A DNA stretch of 63,379 nt, filler included, from Hyphochytrium catenoides (GCA_900088475.1; 9 parts of 9 records of this genome joined end to end with filler, not necessarily neighbours in it), one strand, 5' to 3'. Counted from the whole stretch's first letter, positions 10,913 through 23,743 are shown. Program-made: numbers and translations. Notes: generated by a model not told the origin, from the letters alone.

Positions 10913-12805
10913 ATGCCGCTCTCTGCCGCAGCGAAGCGGGCTCGCAAGCAATGGGACCAGACAATGGCTGCCAGCGGCATCAAAAACAAGTTCACGGAGA
11001 GCTTGAAGCCCAAGAAGAGATCTTCAGGTCAGAAGTTGAGATCTGGAGATCTCTTTCTCTGGTAGCTTCCCATTCCTCCTACCTCCTTCTATGTCCTGTT
11101 ATTACCTCTGGCTCTCCTTGAAGCACTATCCTTTGCTTTCTGATACTCGCGCTGCTTGAATATATGGAAGAGTGGTAAGGTCCTCGCCTATGGCTTTTCA
11201 GTCTCTTGCTGACGGTGGTTTCCATGCAGGGCGGTCCGTTGTTCTCAGTAAGGCCATGAGGGAAGTGGATGCAGAGACCCGACAGCAAGTGCGTCTCCTT
11301 TCCTCTATGTTTAGTCTCAATCTACAATCCTACGTCCTCCCCCTGCTTCCGTGTACGCTGGATGATCCTCTGCCAAGAAATGATCCTTACCGTGGCTGCT
11401 TCTTCTGCTCGTCACGTATCTCCTCTCCCCGTGACCCACATCTGTTCTCCCTGTTCCTCCTAACAGTATACTGCTCCGGTGTCTCTCTCCTCCTCTCTTT
11501 TGATTACTTACCGTTTCAATGGCGCGTGAAAGACTATAGCTCTATGAACGCTCCTCTTCTAGTTTGTGGCCGAGACTAGCCGCGTTCCCTAGATCTATTC
11601 ACTAACTTTGTACGTCTCCCTTTTGCCATAAATAAGTGGCCAATGACACTCCCTGTGTTCTCATCTGCGGGGTCTCACGTTGTCCTCTCTTCCTGTCTCA
11701 TTTCTTTTCCGTCTATCACTGTTATCTGGCTCTCTCATATCTTTCTGGAACCCCTGGTAGGTGCGAGACGCCCGTCTAGAGGCACTTGAAGCTGATAACT
11801 ATGTGGAGGTCGAGTTAGAGAAGGATGACGATGATATGTACCTTGAAGAGGAGGTAAGCCCATTATGAAGGTGTCCATACGTCCTTCTCTTTTCAGAACC
11901 TTATCTATCTTTCAAGGCTTCCAGTAACGAGCATCCTGTCTCCCTCTGTCCCTCTATTCTCTACACTTCTGTGCCGCTGGCGCTTCTGCAAGGAGGATGA
12001 GCCGAAACGGAAAAAGGACAAGACTCTGAAGCGTAAGCGAAACACAGCCGGCAAGCAAGGAACCAGGTAACTCTTCGCGATGAAGCTCAGTCATAGGGAT
12101 AAGGACAAAGGCTGTGCTACTCCTCTTCTCTTTGCCCTTGTGTCTGCTCAGGAGGCGCTCAATACTTCTCTGCAATAGTGTATAACTCTTAAATAGAAGC
12201 AATAGTACTACCGCAACCTTCTGTCTTGACAGCTCACTGTCTTTACCTTGCTAGGAGGCCAAGGAAAGTACGAAGCCTTAGACATCTAACCCACGACCTA
12301 TTGGTAGGTAGTGCCTGCGCAGCTCCTCTCACCAACATCCAGATAATTATTTTGCTTTCTCCGCTGTTCCCTCTTCATGCCCCTTTCCTTTGCCTTCGTA
12401 AAGCCAAGTGATAAAGCAGGGGGATCTCCAAGCAGGCCTACCTTCCTCTCCATCGCCGTCAAGCCTTCGATCTACCCCCCTCGTCACTTCTGCTCAGTCT
12501 GTGGATATCCTTTTCAACATCAACTGACTGTGCTCCTCCTCAGTCATCTCTGGCTCTCTCCTCTTTGATCGGTCTTGTATTCTTGCTGTTCCGCTCCCCT
12601 TAAACCGCATTTTCTTCGCCCACAGGGGCATCACTTCTCCCTATCATTGCTCGGCTTATCGACACCTATTAGTGCACCCTTAACTCTCTTCCTCTCTCTT
12701 ACCCTTGTGAGCAAATATTCGTGCACTCGCTGTGGGTCACGATACTGTTCCATTCAGTGCCAAGACCATCACATGGAGACGCGGTGCCTAAAGTTTGGAA
12801 TGTGA
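10913..12805 (+). CDS. ZNHIT1: Zinc finger HIT domain protein 1 / SWR1 complex subunit SWC6 (Vps71)
   Basis: Seven exons give ...VRDARLEALEADNY...PTFLSIAVKPSIYPPRHFCSVCG|LVSKYSCTRCGSRYCSIQCQDHHMETRCLKFGM*. The RLEALExDN motif plus the HIT zinc finger ending in HxETRCLK are diagnostic. Confidence 0.92.
12505..12702 (+). other. U12-type (minor spliceosome) AT-AC intron
   Basis: 5' splice site ATATCCTTTT, branch point CCTTAAC at 12678-12684, 3' end TAC at 12700-12702. Removing it restores the in-frame HIT finger (TGT GG|C CTT GTG AGC AAA TAT). Confidence 0.92.
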
Positions 12806-13811
12806 AAGTGGGTCATTGTCTATCAGTACCGTCCTGCCTTCTAACTTTGAAGAGGACGTGTTTCTTCTACGACAGAAGCACTGCGTTCTCACGCTTCAAC
12901 GCTCAACCATAACGGGCATGACTGCCCGCGGCTGGTGGCTTAGAGGTGGCCGTTTAATAGATTTATTATGAGCGAGAGCAATGAAGGGGTGGGTTCATCT
13001 TCTCTTGGCCAGTGCCAAAACCGGAGATTTCACTTCTCCCGGCTTCCTCTCTCTTCTCCTCCTCCTTTCAAGAAAGAGGAAAGTCTCTTGATCTTCAGGG
13101 TTGACGACTATGGCAGACGGCGGAGCAAGAGAGAGAACGAGGCAAAGTGTTGCAGATCAAGTGTGACCGGCTTAGCAGAGCTTAGTATAAAGCAATAAAT
13201 ATTTAGGTCTCGCCTCTGCTGAAAAAACACAGCCGATGGCTGCCTAGTCTGACTGCCTGGGGTTACAAGTCTCCGTGACCTCCTCCTTCACTTTGACTTT
13301 TCTACACTGCTGTCTACAAGGCGGTGCCCTTAGGATTGATGCACTATAATTGTCCAATGTGTGGAGCTGCGACAGAAGCACTGCGAGAGGAGAAGAAAAG
13401 GAGAGCAAGCCTCACTGTCGCCAATAGCTCTTCCAATCTCGCAACTCCTCCCCCGCTAGCTCCTGTACACGTCCAAAGCTTAACCTTAAGAGCAGGAGTT
13501 GCTGTTCCTGTGGAAAGCGAATCTTAGGAAGTGCCCAAATATGTCAAAGCGCGTACGGGGAAGCAGTAAAAAACGGAAGAAAGAACAGACGACAGAGCTC
13601 GTGAAGTTCAAAGAGGGAGAGAAGAGCCCAAGTGAGACTCGTGCTAAAGCAACGAGTTCGAGGAAGTGAAGGCTACGACAGGGAAAAGAGGCATAAGGCA
13701 TGTACTCTCTGACTTGCAACAGAAAGCGAAGGGCTAGAGATTGGAGCAGAGAAGATGAGAGACCATCCCCGACAAAGACTAGTTCTAGAACAGGGAGAAC
13801 AGGAACGATGT

Positions 13812-14955
13812 CTACCGCTGCGTCATGGTTGCCGCTAGCTGACAGTCTTCTATCCCTAGCGCTAGCGGACTAGAGAGTGAAGGACTGACGAGCTCAACTT
13901 CGGGAGCCTTCTGTGGCCCGGCCTCCAGGTAAGCCATGGAGATATCCTCTCCCATCTCTATCCGGCTGATGTCGTAGATCAGCTTCTGGTATCTGAGGTG
14001 TCAAGGAGTGGGACAACATTAAGCAACTAAAGTGGACAGGGAGAGAGAGAGAGGGAAACAGGAAGAGAGACGGACTAGACACACAGACACACAGAGACAG
14101 CCAGAAGGACGAAAAACAGGCGATAGCCTGGCAGCTAGCCAGGTGCCAAACTCTGTCCCGATGTGACTCTTCTCTTTTCCCTTAAACGTCACCCTGACCC
14201 CACCTCTGTCCTTTCTTTCACCAATCAATGCTTGAAGAATACTTCTCCAGTTCCTACTTCTCTTCCTCTCTCTCAATATGTCTCTGTCTTTCTCTCTCTT
14301 GATATCCTCTTCTTGTCCCTTCTCTTCCATTGTCCTTCTCGTCGTCTCACCTCTTCATGATGTCAGTAGGAGTCCTTCCAGGCAACATGCTTGCGATGTT
14401 CACCCAGCGCTGCGGACAATTTTCTTCATAGATTGCCAGTCCATTCTCAAATCTCTTCTCTTCTTCCTTTGTCCAGACAGACTGATCCACAAAGTCCACG
14501 GCGCAATGCATCGACAGAGGAGAGGCATCTCTGTCTCCTATTTCCATGTTAGGTCCCCTCTCTTCTCTTTCTCTCTCTCTCTCCTGGAGTCGCAAGAAGT
14601 ACTTGTGCGCGTGCAGCTTGACCTCCTCCTCGCTCCAATCTCCTCCTATGTACTCTTTGATAAGCTGCCACTCTTTCCCAGTCTTCCCTCCACCGAACCG
14701 CTCAAGCGCTTCAATGAAGCGGCTGTGTTCCTTCTCTGTGAGGCGCTGGAAGACATTCAAAGGATATGGACAGCCAACAGGAAGAAAGAGAGAAAGAGAG
14801 AGAGAGAGGAGTGAGGACTCTAAAGTATCCATGGGATAATCACGAAGAAAGATAGCGGCAGATATTTAGGTGGAGAACAGAGCCAGTGGCATAGAAGAGA
14901 AAAAAGCCCCGGCAGCGACGAGGAGAGAAGAGAGAGAGCAGACAGAGAGAGAGAC

Positions 14956-14987
<32 letters not shown>

Positions 14988-15486
14988 AGAGAAGAGCAAA
15001 CTGAGTAAGGGGCATAGAGTTAGTATATGCCTTACCCGTAGCTGGCCCCTTTGGGCGCTCATCCTCCTCCTCTCGCTCGACACCAGATCTCGGACAGCGC
15101 TGGCAGCTTAGGGCCACATCTCTGACAATGAAAGCCCCCGAGGAGCTGCCAGAAGAGTGATAAGATGAAGGCGTACGGCGTCCTGAAAGCAGAAGAGAAA
15201 AATGAGAGAAGGATAACTCCGTCTTCTAATCTGTGGCTGTGGCTCCGGGCTGTGAAGAGGTAGAGTTGAGCCAATCAGCGCTCCAGTCCGTACATCAGCG
15301 CTGCGCTCAGGTTTCCTTTCCCCTATTACTCTTTCTCTCTCACCTCTTTCCCTTATCTCTTTCTTTGCCCTACTCGCTCTCTCTCCCTCTACTGACTCTC
15401 TGTCTCTCTCTGTCTCTCTGTCTCTCTGTCTCTTCCTCCCTGCCTCTTTCTCTCTTCCTCTCTCTCTCTCTTTTCCCTCGTCGCGG

Positions 15487-15543
<57 letters not shown>

Positions 15544-15675
15544 GAGCCCAAGATGTAGCAGAGTAAGGAGGAAGTACGAGTATGACGGGAAGGAAGGGAG
15601 AGGGAGGAGGAAGAGAGACAGAGAGAAAAAACGGCTGTAACCTTTCGACAAATGGTACAAGGCGTGCCGGTTCAT
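13812..15675 (-). CDS. Two-repeat MYB/SANT DNA-binding protein (SHAQKYF-like repeat plus DIVARICATA-like repeat)
   Basis: Spliced product: KGPATEKEHSRFIEALERFG...EEEVKLHAHKYFLRL, then WTKEEEKRFENGLAIYEENCPQRWVNIASMLPGRTPTDIMKR|YQKLIYDISRIEMG. The 5' exons are less certain. Confidence 0.8.
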
Positions 15676-16328
15676 GGTCCTGACCGTACTGATTCAGGAT
15701 GGGATGGGTGGTCATGCTGGTAGCGAACCGCCATCAAATCTTCGATGACAGGTGACAGACTGACAGACTTTCCGTCACGACCACGCTCTGTCTCTCTCTC
15801 TCTCTCTACCCGTTGCCTATCGCTCTCGTCTCCCTCTCTCTCTCTCCTGGCTCTCTCTCTCCTCATGACACTCTTTCTGCATCCCCCTCTCTCTCTTTAT
15901 CTTTCTCATCATCTCCCTGTCTCTTCCTGTCCCTTACTATCACTCTCTCTCCGTCTCTCTCTCTCTCTCTCTCTCCCCTTCTCTGTCTCTCTGTCTCTAG
16001 CTCTTCTTGTCTTGCTCTCTTTCAGAAGCTCAGAAGTCTTAGTCTAGGAGTTTTGCTTCTCTCTTCTCCCAAACCACTGAGCTTCCCTCTCACCTAGAAC
16101 TTCTCCTCTTCCCCTTTACTAGAGAGTGACCAGGTCTGGGCCTCCGCTTGCCTACTTTTAACCTCTGGGAAGGTAGAGTCCACTCTTCCCTCTCTTGCCG
16201 GGACGTTGGCCAGAGCGCAGCCTTTACTACTCAGAGATCTCTTCAGCCTGGCCTTTCCTTCTCTGTCACTCATCAGCCTCTCTCTCCCCCTTTCGCTTCT
16301 AGGATTAAGCTCTTCCACGTCAAGCTCG

Positions 16329-17213
16329 ATGGAGCAACGTACAGACTCCCAGCCTTCTTTCGATCTATTCCTTCTTGCTGGGCAGTCCAATATGGCCGGG
16401 AGAGGAGGACTCTTCGAAGACGAGGCCAGCGGCAGACCTAGATGGGATCAATGGAGTCCAAGCAGTTGGACAGAGAAAGAAAAGTCAATCTGGCGGTTTG
16501 GACCGTCTGAAGTTTGGGAGATGGCCAAGGAGCCGTTGCATGGCGATGTAGACACGAAGAAGGTGAACGGAGTTGGTCCTGGCCTGGCTTTTGCTAACAA
16601 ACTGTTAGCGTTGGACCAAGAGGAGAAGGCTCAAGAGGGCGATGACAGTCAAGCAGGAGAGAGTCACAAGCGACAGGAGAGAGTGTTAGGGCTAATTCCA
16701 TGTGCCATTGGAGGCACGTCAGTGACCGAGTGGGATAAAGATTCCGCCTCTCCTCTCTCTCTTTATCAGAACACGGTCCATCGTACGCGAAGAGCCTTAG
16801 AAGCTCCCCTCATGATAGCGTCTCAGCCCGTCTACGGCCGCTTGAAGGCTTTGCTTTGGTATCAAGGAGAGAGTGATGCAGAGACTCTAGAAGATGCGCT
16901 GGCTTATGGAGAGAGATTATACTCCTTTCTCTCCTCTCTCAGAAAGGATCTAGCCCATCCGTTGTTACCTGTTATCCTCATTGCCGTGTCTTCCCTTCCT
17001 TTGGACATCACCCAGCACATAGAGGAAGTAAGACAGCAACAAAAGGAAGTGAGCAAGAGGCTGCCTCAGACGCTCTTGATAGAGACAAAGGGATACACCT
17101 TCCTTCCCGACGGGCTGCATCTAGACACCTCTTCCCAGTTAGACTTAGGAAAGAAGATAGCACTAGCGGTGAAGACCTTGGAGAGAGAGAGAGAAGAACT
17201 TGGATGTCTTTAA
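16329..17213 (+). CDS. SGNH-fold carbohydrate/sialate O-acetylesterase (SASA domain, CE6-like), intronless
   Basis: Motifs FLLAGQSNMAGRG, EPLHGDVD, GVGPGLAFA, GLIPCAIGGTS, LWYQGESDA and DGLHL. First ATG at 16329; the frame is open upstream past TTG 16206 with a hydrophobic stretch. Confidence 0.92.
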   Translation: MEQRTDSQPSFDLFLLAGQSNMAGRGGLFEDEASGRPRWDQWSPSSWTEKEKSIWRFGPSEVWEMAKEPLHGDVDTKKVNGVGPGLAFANKLLALDQEEKAQEGDDSQAGESHKRQERVLGLIPCAIGGTSVTEWDKDSASPLSLYQNTVHRTRRALEAPLMIASQPVYGRLKALLWYQGESDAETLEDALAYGERLYSFLSSLRKDLAHPLLPVILIAVSSLPLDITQHIEEVRQQQKEVSKRLPQTLLIETKGYTFLPDGLHLDTSSQLDLGKKIALAVKTLEREREELGCL

Positions 17214-17393
17214 CCGTGGCAGGAGCCATCGAGAGCTCCCTCTACGTAGTCACCGATCTCTGTCTCCCTCTGTCTTTCTCTCTCCTCCCCTACGGCACGC
17301 TCTCTCGCACTCTCGATATTTATCTTACTCTTCCCACATAGACGGATCGCCGTCCCATAAATAGATAAAAATAAATAGCAGCTGTATCCCTTC

Positions 17394-19844
17394 TTAGACC
17401 GCGTCCAGCACGTTGTCCGGAACTCTTGCTCTGACAAGTGCATCCATAACGAGGTCTACCACGCCAATCTTCCCTTGGGCGTCGTTCCAGACGTTCCCAA
17501 TCTCCCTCTTGAACGCTTTCCCGCCCCTCTCCCCGCTGCGTGAGACATGTAATGTTAGTAGCGCCGCAGGACATCAACCTCCGCTCAGAAACGGCTTTCA
17601 AATTGCTCCGTCTCTTTCTCTCTCTCGTTCCTCTTGATAGCCCATTATCTCCATGGATTAATTTAACCCTACTCCAAACCTGCCATGGACTCCAAAGAAA
17701 GCACTTTCTTCGAACACACGTCGCCACACCATATTCACCCTTAGACAGCTCCCCAGCCTATTCCACCTACCTGAAGAGCCCAAACAGCGGCTTGGCAAGC
17801 GTCATCGTTGAAACAGGCTCCCTCTCCTGAAAGTCTGAAGCGTAGTCGAGGTACCTCTCCACCACCTCCCTCCTGGAAAGACCAGGACTTTCTTTACCAT
17901 AGAAGACAGGGTCTACGCTTTTGAAGCCCCAAGGAGAGTTATAAGCGGCGCGTCCGACCATCACGCCGCTTATTTCGCGATGCTCTATCATAAGAGAGAA
18001 AGCAGATTCAGTGGCAACTAAGTGACAGGAGACAGTCATGCAACAAGGGAGAATCGCTTTCAGCTCGACGTCTATGTACCAGCGGGGAGTAGCAGATGGT
18101 GCTATAGACAGCGGAAGAAGCAAGAGGCAGTCCTAGAGGCAGATTGGTCTGCTGCGAGCTCTCTGAGCTCTCTGAGCAGCAGCACAGGGTGCTTCTACCC
18201 CCAACATAATAAACAAACATGCGAAAAATGATCTTGCCGACTTAGCCCCTCGGCCGTTGTCTAAGCGCTCCCCATACCTACCAGATAGAAGCTCTTGGGC
18301 ATGCTCCATTGACTTTATGCCTCCATTCAAATAGAACTCCAGATGAGGAAAGTCTCCTTTGAGCCTGAAGACGCGGTCGTACTGCAGTGGCGGGATGGAG
18401 CGGTTCTCCGCTGTTGAAAGCCCTTCCAGTAGGCATTTACGAGCATGGAGCGTGAAATGTCTGACGCCTGAGGCCGATACGGTCTCAATGAAGGAGCGGA
18501 GATACTCATAGCTACCGAGCGAGAAGGACAGACACGGAGAGGCAACGTGTAAGCACCTGGTGCCACGGTGGAGAAGCTAGGTCTAAAGGTCGGCAAGACA
18601 GGGCTGAAGTGTTCCGGGAGAAGTACAATCACAAAGAAAGAAATAATGATTGGTCTGCACCTACGAGTCAAAGTCATCCACTCCCAGCCTGCACTTCACC
18701 GTGACCTCTGTTCCCGGTAGCTCTCTTCTGAGAGCAGCAGTGATCTCTCTCACTCGTTGTGGCTCTAACATCAGCCGTGCGCCGAAGCAGCCGCCGGAGA
18801 CCTTAGGAGAAGGGCACCCGACGTTGAGATTGATTTCTTCAAAATGACAGAAAGCAGAGGCGAGCCGTGCAGCCTCTGAATGGAAAGCCAATCGAGGATG
18901 ACAGAGAGGGAGAGACAAAGGAACACGGGGTATGCCGCAGTTAGTTATAGCCACAAGAGGACGACATGGGGCAAGAGAGAGACTGAAGGCCCTTTAGAAG
19001 CGAGACAAGGACCGCTTTGGAGAGAAGAAGCTTCAATAAGAATCGCAAAGAAGCCAGATCTACCCAGAGCCTCTATCAAGCAGCAGGCTGCAGAGAGATG
19101 ATGCCGTTCTAGGGCGAAGAAGAGAGAAAGAGGAGCGGTTCGATGAAGTTAGGGCAAGCTTAAGGGAGAAGCAGGGTCTAGATCATGAAGCCAGAACGGA
19201 CCAAGCCTCTCCTCCGCACCGTACCGCTGAGCTTCTCTGGGTCTGATCCCCCGAGCTGCAACGCTAGAGGATGCTCAACCTCACTATGACCGAGGAATGG
19301 CTCCAGACGATCTCGCTGGAATAAGATCTGGAGAAGAGGAGTTGGTGCTTGAGAGACATCCATCAGGAAGAATAATCCAGGCCAAAGAGAGAGAGACAGA
19401 ATGAGAGAGAGACAGAGAGCTGAAGGTCAGGAGAGAAGGAAAGAAAGACATGGCGTCTTGAGTGGTGTTGAAGAAATAGGGAATAGTGGAGAAACACGAA
19501 GTCAGAGAGAGGAAGAGAGAGAGAGAGAAAGAGAGTGAGAAAGAGGAAGAGCGAGAGAGAGGAAAAGATGAGGATAGAGAGAGGATTTGGAGCAAAAGAG
19601 ATAGAGTGAGCGCCAGAATCTCAGGCTCGAGGCCTATAACGCCTCACCGTGTTGTCCACCACCATTTCTGTGTAAAGCAATGCATGTCTGGTGATGAGCC
19701 GCATCATGAAGCGATAGTGCCGGTCCGTCCAGTCCATCTAAAGGGGCCACAGATATAGAAGAAGAGAGAGAGACAGAAAGGTGAGAGTTCGCGTGCATAG
19801 AGAAGGCTGGCGGAGGGAGAGGAACAAGGCGACGGACGAGCACA

Positions 19845-19902
<58 letters not shown>

Positions 19903-19983
19903 GAGGAGAAGGAGGACGACACATGCATATAGCATACGACTTACCATGGGAGCCACGGAGAAGCGCCTCATGTTATCCGTCAT
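17394..19983 (-). CDS. dusA: tRNA-dihydrouridine(20/20a) synthase, DusA type
   Basis: Seven exons: FSVAPM|MDWTDRHYRF...LYTEMV, EHPLALQLGGSDP, EINLNVGCPS, VTVKCRLGVDD, HARKCLLEGLS...NRSIPPLQY, NGGI, GVMVGRAAY, ending VPDNVLDAV*. The start may extend upstream in frame. Confidence 0.92.
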
Positions 19984-20553
19984 TGGTGATTGACTGCCGG
20001 CGTCTTCCCGACTACTCTCAAGCTCCTCACGCCCTGATGTGGTTCTAGCAGCTGAACTCCTGCGACGCTTGCTTCTTTGCTTTGGCAGAGAAGGGACTCG
20101 TGAGTCCTGAGAGAGAGAGAGAGGACAGTCTTCGCCTGCTGTGCCTCTGCTGCTGCTGCTCTCTCCTCTTACTCTGCGGCAGACCGTGCTCCGTCGCTTG
20201 TGGCTCTTCCGTCTTTCCCAATCGCTCCTTGGAGTTCTTGTTTTCTTTCTTGCCTCTCTTCTCTCTCTCTCTCTTCCCTCTCCCTGTCTCTCTCTCGTCT
20301 CTCTCTCTCTCTCTCTCTCTCGCTCTCTCTCGCTCTCTCTCGCTCTCCCTCTCTCTCTCTCTCTCTCTTCTCTTATAAGAAGTGCCATCATCATCAGAAC
20401 ATCCCCAACCATCACCTCACTACCCGATCCTAGACCACCTTCTGGCCTCAGTAATAGTTCTACCAGCTCCCCTACCCCAATAATACGCCGCTCTGCTTGA
20501 CTTGACCCTTTCCTCTGTCTCCCTCGTTCTGTCTCTCTTGGTGTCCGTTAGCT

Positions 20554-20653
20554 NNNNNNNNNNNNNNNNNNNNNNNNNNNNNNNNNNNNNNNNNNNNTTA
20601 ATTAATTAANNNNNNNNNNNNNNNNNNNNNNNNNNNNNNNNNNNNNNNNNNNN
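20554..20653. other. Artificial scaffold-joining spacer
   Basis: 44 N + TTAATTAATTAA + 44 N. Confidence 0.97.
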
Positions 20654-21168
20654 AGAGAGAGAGAGAGAGAGAGAATGGGAATGAGTAACAGAAGAAAAGG
20701 GAGAGACAGAGAGGGTGTTTATGAGAGGAAGGAAGGAGAAGTGAAGGTAGAGTGGGCAGGAAATAGGGACCAGTCAGTACACGAAGATCTAGATAAGAAG
20801 GGAGAGGCGAAGCCAGGAGAGAGTAAAGCTTCTCTTGTAACTTCTCCTGTTGTCTGTGTGCCTCCTCTCTCTCTCTCTCTCTCTCTCTCTGCTTCTGCTG
20901 CTCTCTGTCTCCTCAAGTCCGCTCTTTGTATGTCCAATCTCCTTTCTGTGTCTCTTTCCAATCTGACCCTCCACTTCGACTCTTCTCTCTCTCTGTCTCT
21001 CTGGTGTCTTCTCTTCCTTCTCCCTCGCATCCCGGTCTCTTTGACTTCATTTTGTCTTCGTTCTTTCTCTTACTCTCTTTCTTTTTCTCTCTCTCTCTCT
21101 CTCTCTCTTTTCCCACCAATCCATCCCCCGCCATGCCTCTGGCAGACCCTCTGTGTGTCATGGGGTAC

Positions 21169-21266
21169 CTGGGCCATTCTCGTTGTTACTCCTGAGATTC
21201 TCTCTCTGATTCGCGTACCACTCGATCGTTTTTGCAGGACCGCCCTTGTCCAAGTACCTAGGGAAT

Positions 21267-21325
<59 letters not shown>

Positions 21326-22269
21326 TAGAGGGAGAGAAAACAGAAAGAACGGAGCAAGGGGTGAGAGAAAGAGCCAAAGTAGAATGAGGATCAACAACTG
21401 AATAGATAATCCTTGACCATGTGAGAAAGGAGAGAGCAACAAAGAGAGAGAGAGAGAGAGAGAGATTGCTGGGCATCGCCTGCCAAGACACTGAGCCAAA
21501 CGGAACTTTGCACGTAGGGAAAAGAACAAGAAAGCGAGGCAGGCCAAAGAGAGAGAGGATGCAATGAGTAGGGAACAAAGAGAGAGACACCACACAGGGC
21601 CATTCTCTGGAGAGGCTAGTACTCTCTCTCTCTCTCTCTCTTTCTTACTCTTTCCCAAGATCTCTGATTTGGTCCAGGTAGAGCTCCAGGAAGCTAACCA
21701 GCACGCTAATGGACTGGTGAAAGAGAGAGAAAAGTTAAAAGAGAGAGAACGACGAGGAGAAAATGCCAGGAGAGATGGCGAAACTGGCTAGGAAGTTGTA
21801 AGACCGAGAGCGCATACTCAGACTTCTAGGAAGAGAGAGAGGCAGAGAGACAGAAGCAGAGAGACAAAGAGAGAGCAAGAGAGAGAACAAGAAAGAAGAG
21901 AGAGAGGGGGAGAGAGAACCAAGCGACAGGTGGTGTAGCCCTGTCGCGCCACCAGGCTCGCTCGACAACAGCCAACCCTTCATTTCTCTCTCTCGCGCGC
22001 TCTCTTTCTCTCTTTCTCTCTTCCTCTCTCTCTCTCTCTCTCTCTGCATTCTGTCGTTTTCCGTTCTCCTCCCATTCCCTACCTTTTGCTGTGCTCTATT
22101 CTCCACGCAGCGGAAGAGATACTCAATGCTCCGCGGGAGCAATCCTCTAGAGTCCCCGTTGCCCCCGAAGATGCTGAAGCGTTAGGGCGAGAAGAAGACA
22201 AAGGATGCCAATCACTTAGACAGCGCAGGGATAGGCGGCTCATTCCAGGAGAAAGAAAGAGAGAGAGAG

Positions 22270-22312
<43 letters not shown>

Positions 22313-22624
22313 AGATTTTTCAATAGAGAGCAAGAGAAAGAAAGAAGAAGAAAAGAAAGACTGAGAGACAGAGTGTGAGAGAGAACGAGCTACAGAGGGA
22401 GAAAGCGCAGAGAAGTTGAGAGATGGGGAGAAAACCAGCTACAGAAGGGAGAGAGAGACAGAGAGAGAGAGATGCCAAAAGCTGCAGAGAGGTCATTGTA
22501 TGTCGTACGAGTAAGTCTTCCCGGAGCCTGTCTGCCCATAAGCAAAGCAGCAGCCATTCATCCCTCGTAGGCAATAATCTACCTGAGGCTTGGCCACCTT
22601 TCGGGGCAGATAAGTAAGGGAAAA

Positions 22625-22659
<35 letters not shown>

Positions 22660-22880
22660 GAGAGAGAGACAGAGACAGAGAGAGAGAGAACAAGAGAGAG
22701 AGGGAAAGGGAGGAGAGAGCCAGGGAGAAAGAGACGGGGAAGAGAATGGAGATGAGGAAGAGAGATGGACAAGCACGGAAAGTAAGAGAGAAGGTTTATA
22801 TAGGAGAGAGCGAGAAATTAGACAGACAGACAGTGGGACTGACATCCAGTAAAAGACAAGTAGAGACGCTATTCACGGCC

Positions 22881-22923
<43 letters not shown>

Positions 22924-23295
22924 ACAATGGACAGCGCAGAGAAATAAAGAGCGAGGAGAAATGATAGAAACCAAGAGAGAGGGCCTATCAGAGAGACAGA
23001 AGAAGGGTGAAGAAGGAGAAAGCGAGCAAAGAACGCACTGCGAGGAAGATATCCTCCTGCCCAGCGTTAGACATGAAGACTTTGTCGAACATAAACGCAT
23101 GCTGACTGGCGGCACCGTCCTGAGGAAGATGAGAGGAGAGAGAGAGAGAGACCAAGAGAGAAGCAGGGATTGATAGAGCGAAGGAGCGTGAGAGCACCGA
23201 GGGAGAGAGAACAGGAGAAAGAGGGAGAGGCCGACAAAGAACGAAAGAGTGAAAGGGGGGAGTCGAAAGGNNNNNNNNNNNNNNNNNNNNNNNNN

Positions 23296-23334
<39 letters not shown>

Positions 23335-23743
23335 GGAGGGAGAGAGGGGGGAGACCGACAACGTTAGGATTGGGCCTTAGGTGAGAGAGATGAGATTAAA
23401 ACCAAGGGGGGAGAGACGGTCTGGACCAAGGGAGGCAGAGAGAGAGAAAGAGAAAGAAAAAATTTGAACGAGAGAAGCAGCAAAACAGAATGGAAGGGGA
23501 GAGACTTGCGAGATGTGGGAAGATGCATCTGAATGTTGACGGCTCATCATCCCTTCTCTCTCTCTTATGCTTTCTCTCTCCGTCACTCTCTCTTTCGCCC
23601 TCTTTCGTGGGTCGGCCCTGCGGTTTCGCTCTTCTTTTCTTTCCCCGCTTTGTTCCTCTCTGCCTCTCTTCTAAACTCGCTCTCGCTGTCTCCCAACCTA
23701 TGATTCGTTGTCTCTCTCTCTTGCTCCCAGGTCCTCCTCTCGC

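Noticed and set aside
14755-14770. ATATCCTTT on the minus strand in the MYB gene as a second U12 donor
   Set aside because: It lies near the 3' end of an ordinary GT-AG intron, with no matching branch point or AC acceptor that restores the frame.
17008-17443. Apparent overlap of DusA 3' end with the SASA stop at a shared TTAA (17210-17213)
   Set aside because: The last DusA exon reads on to VPDNVLDAV* and stops at 17394, so no coding overlap is needed.
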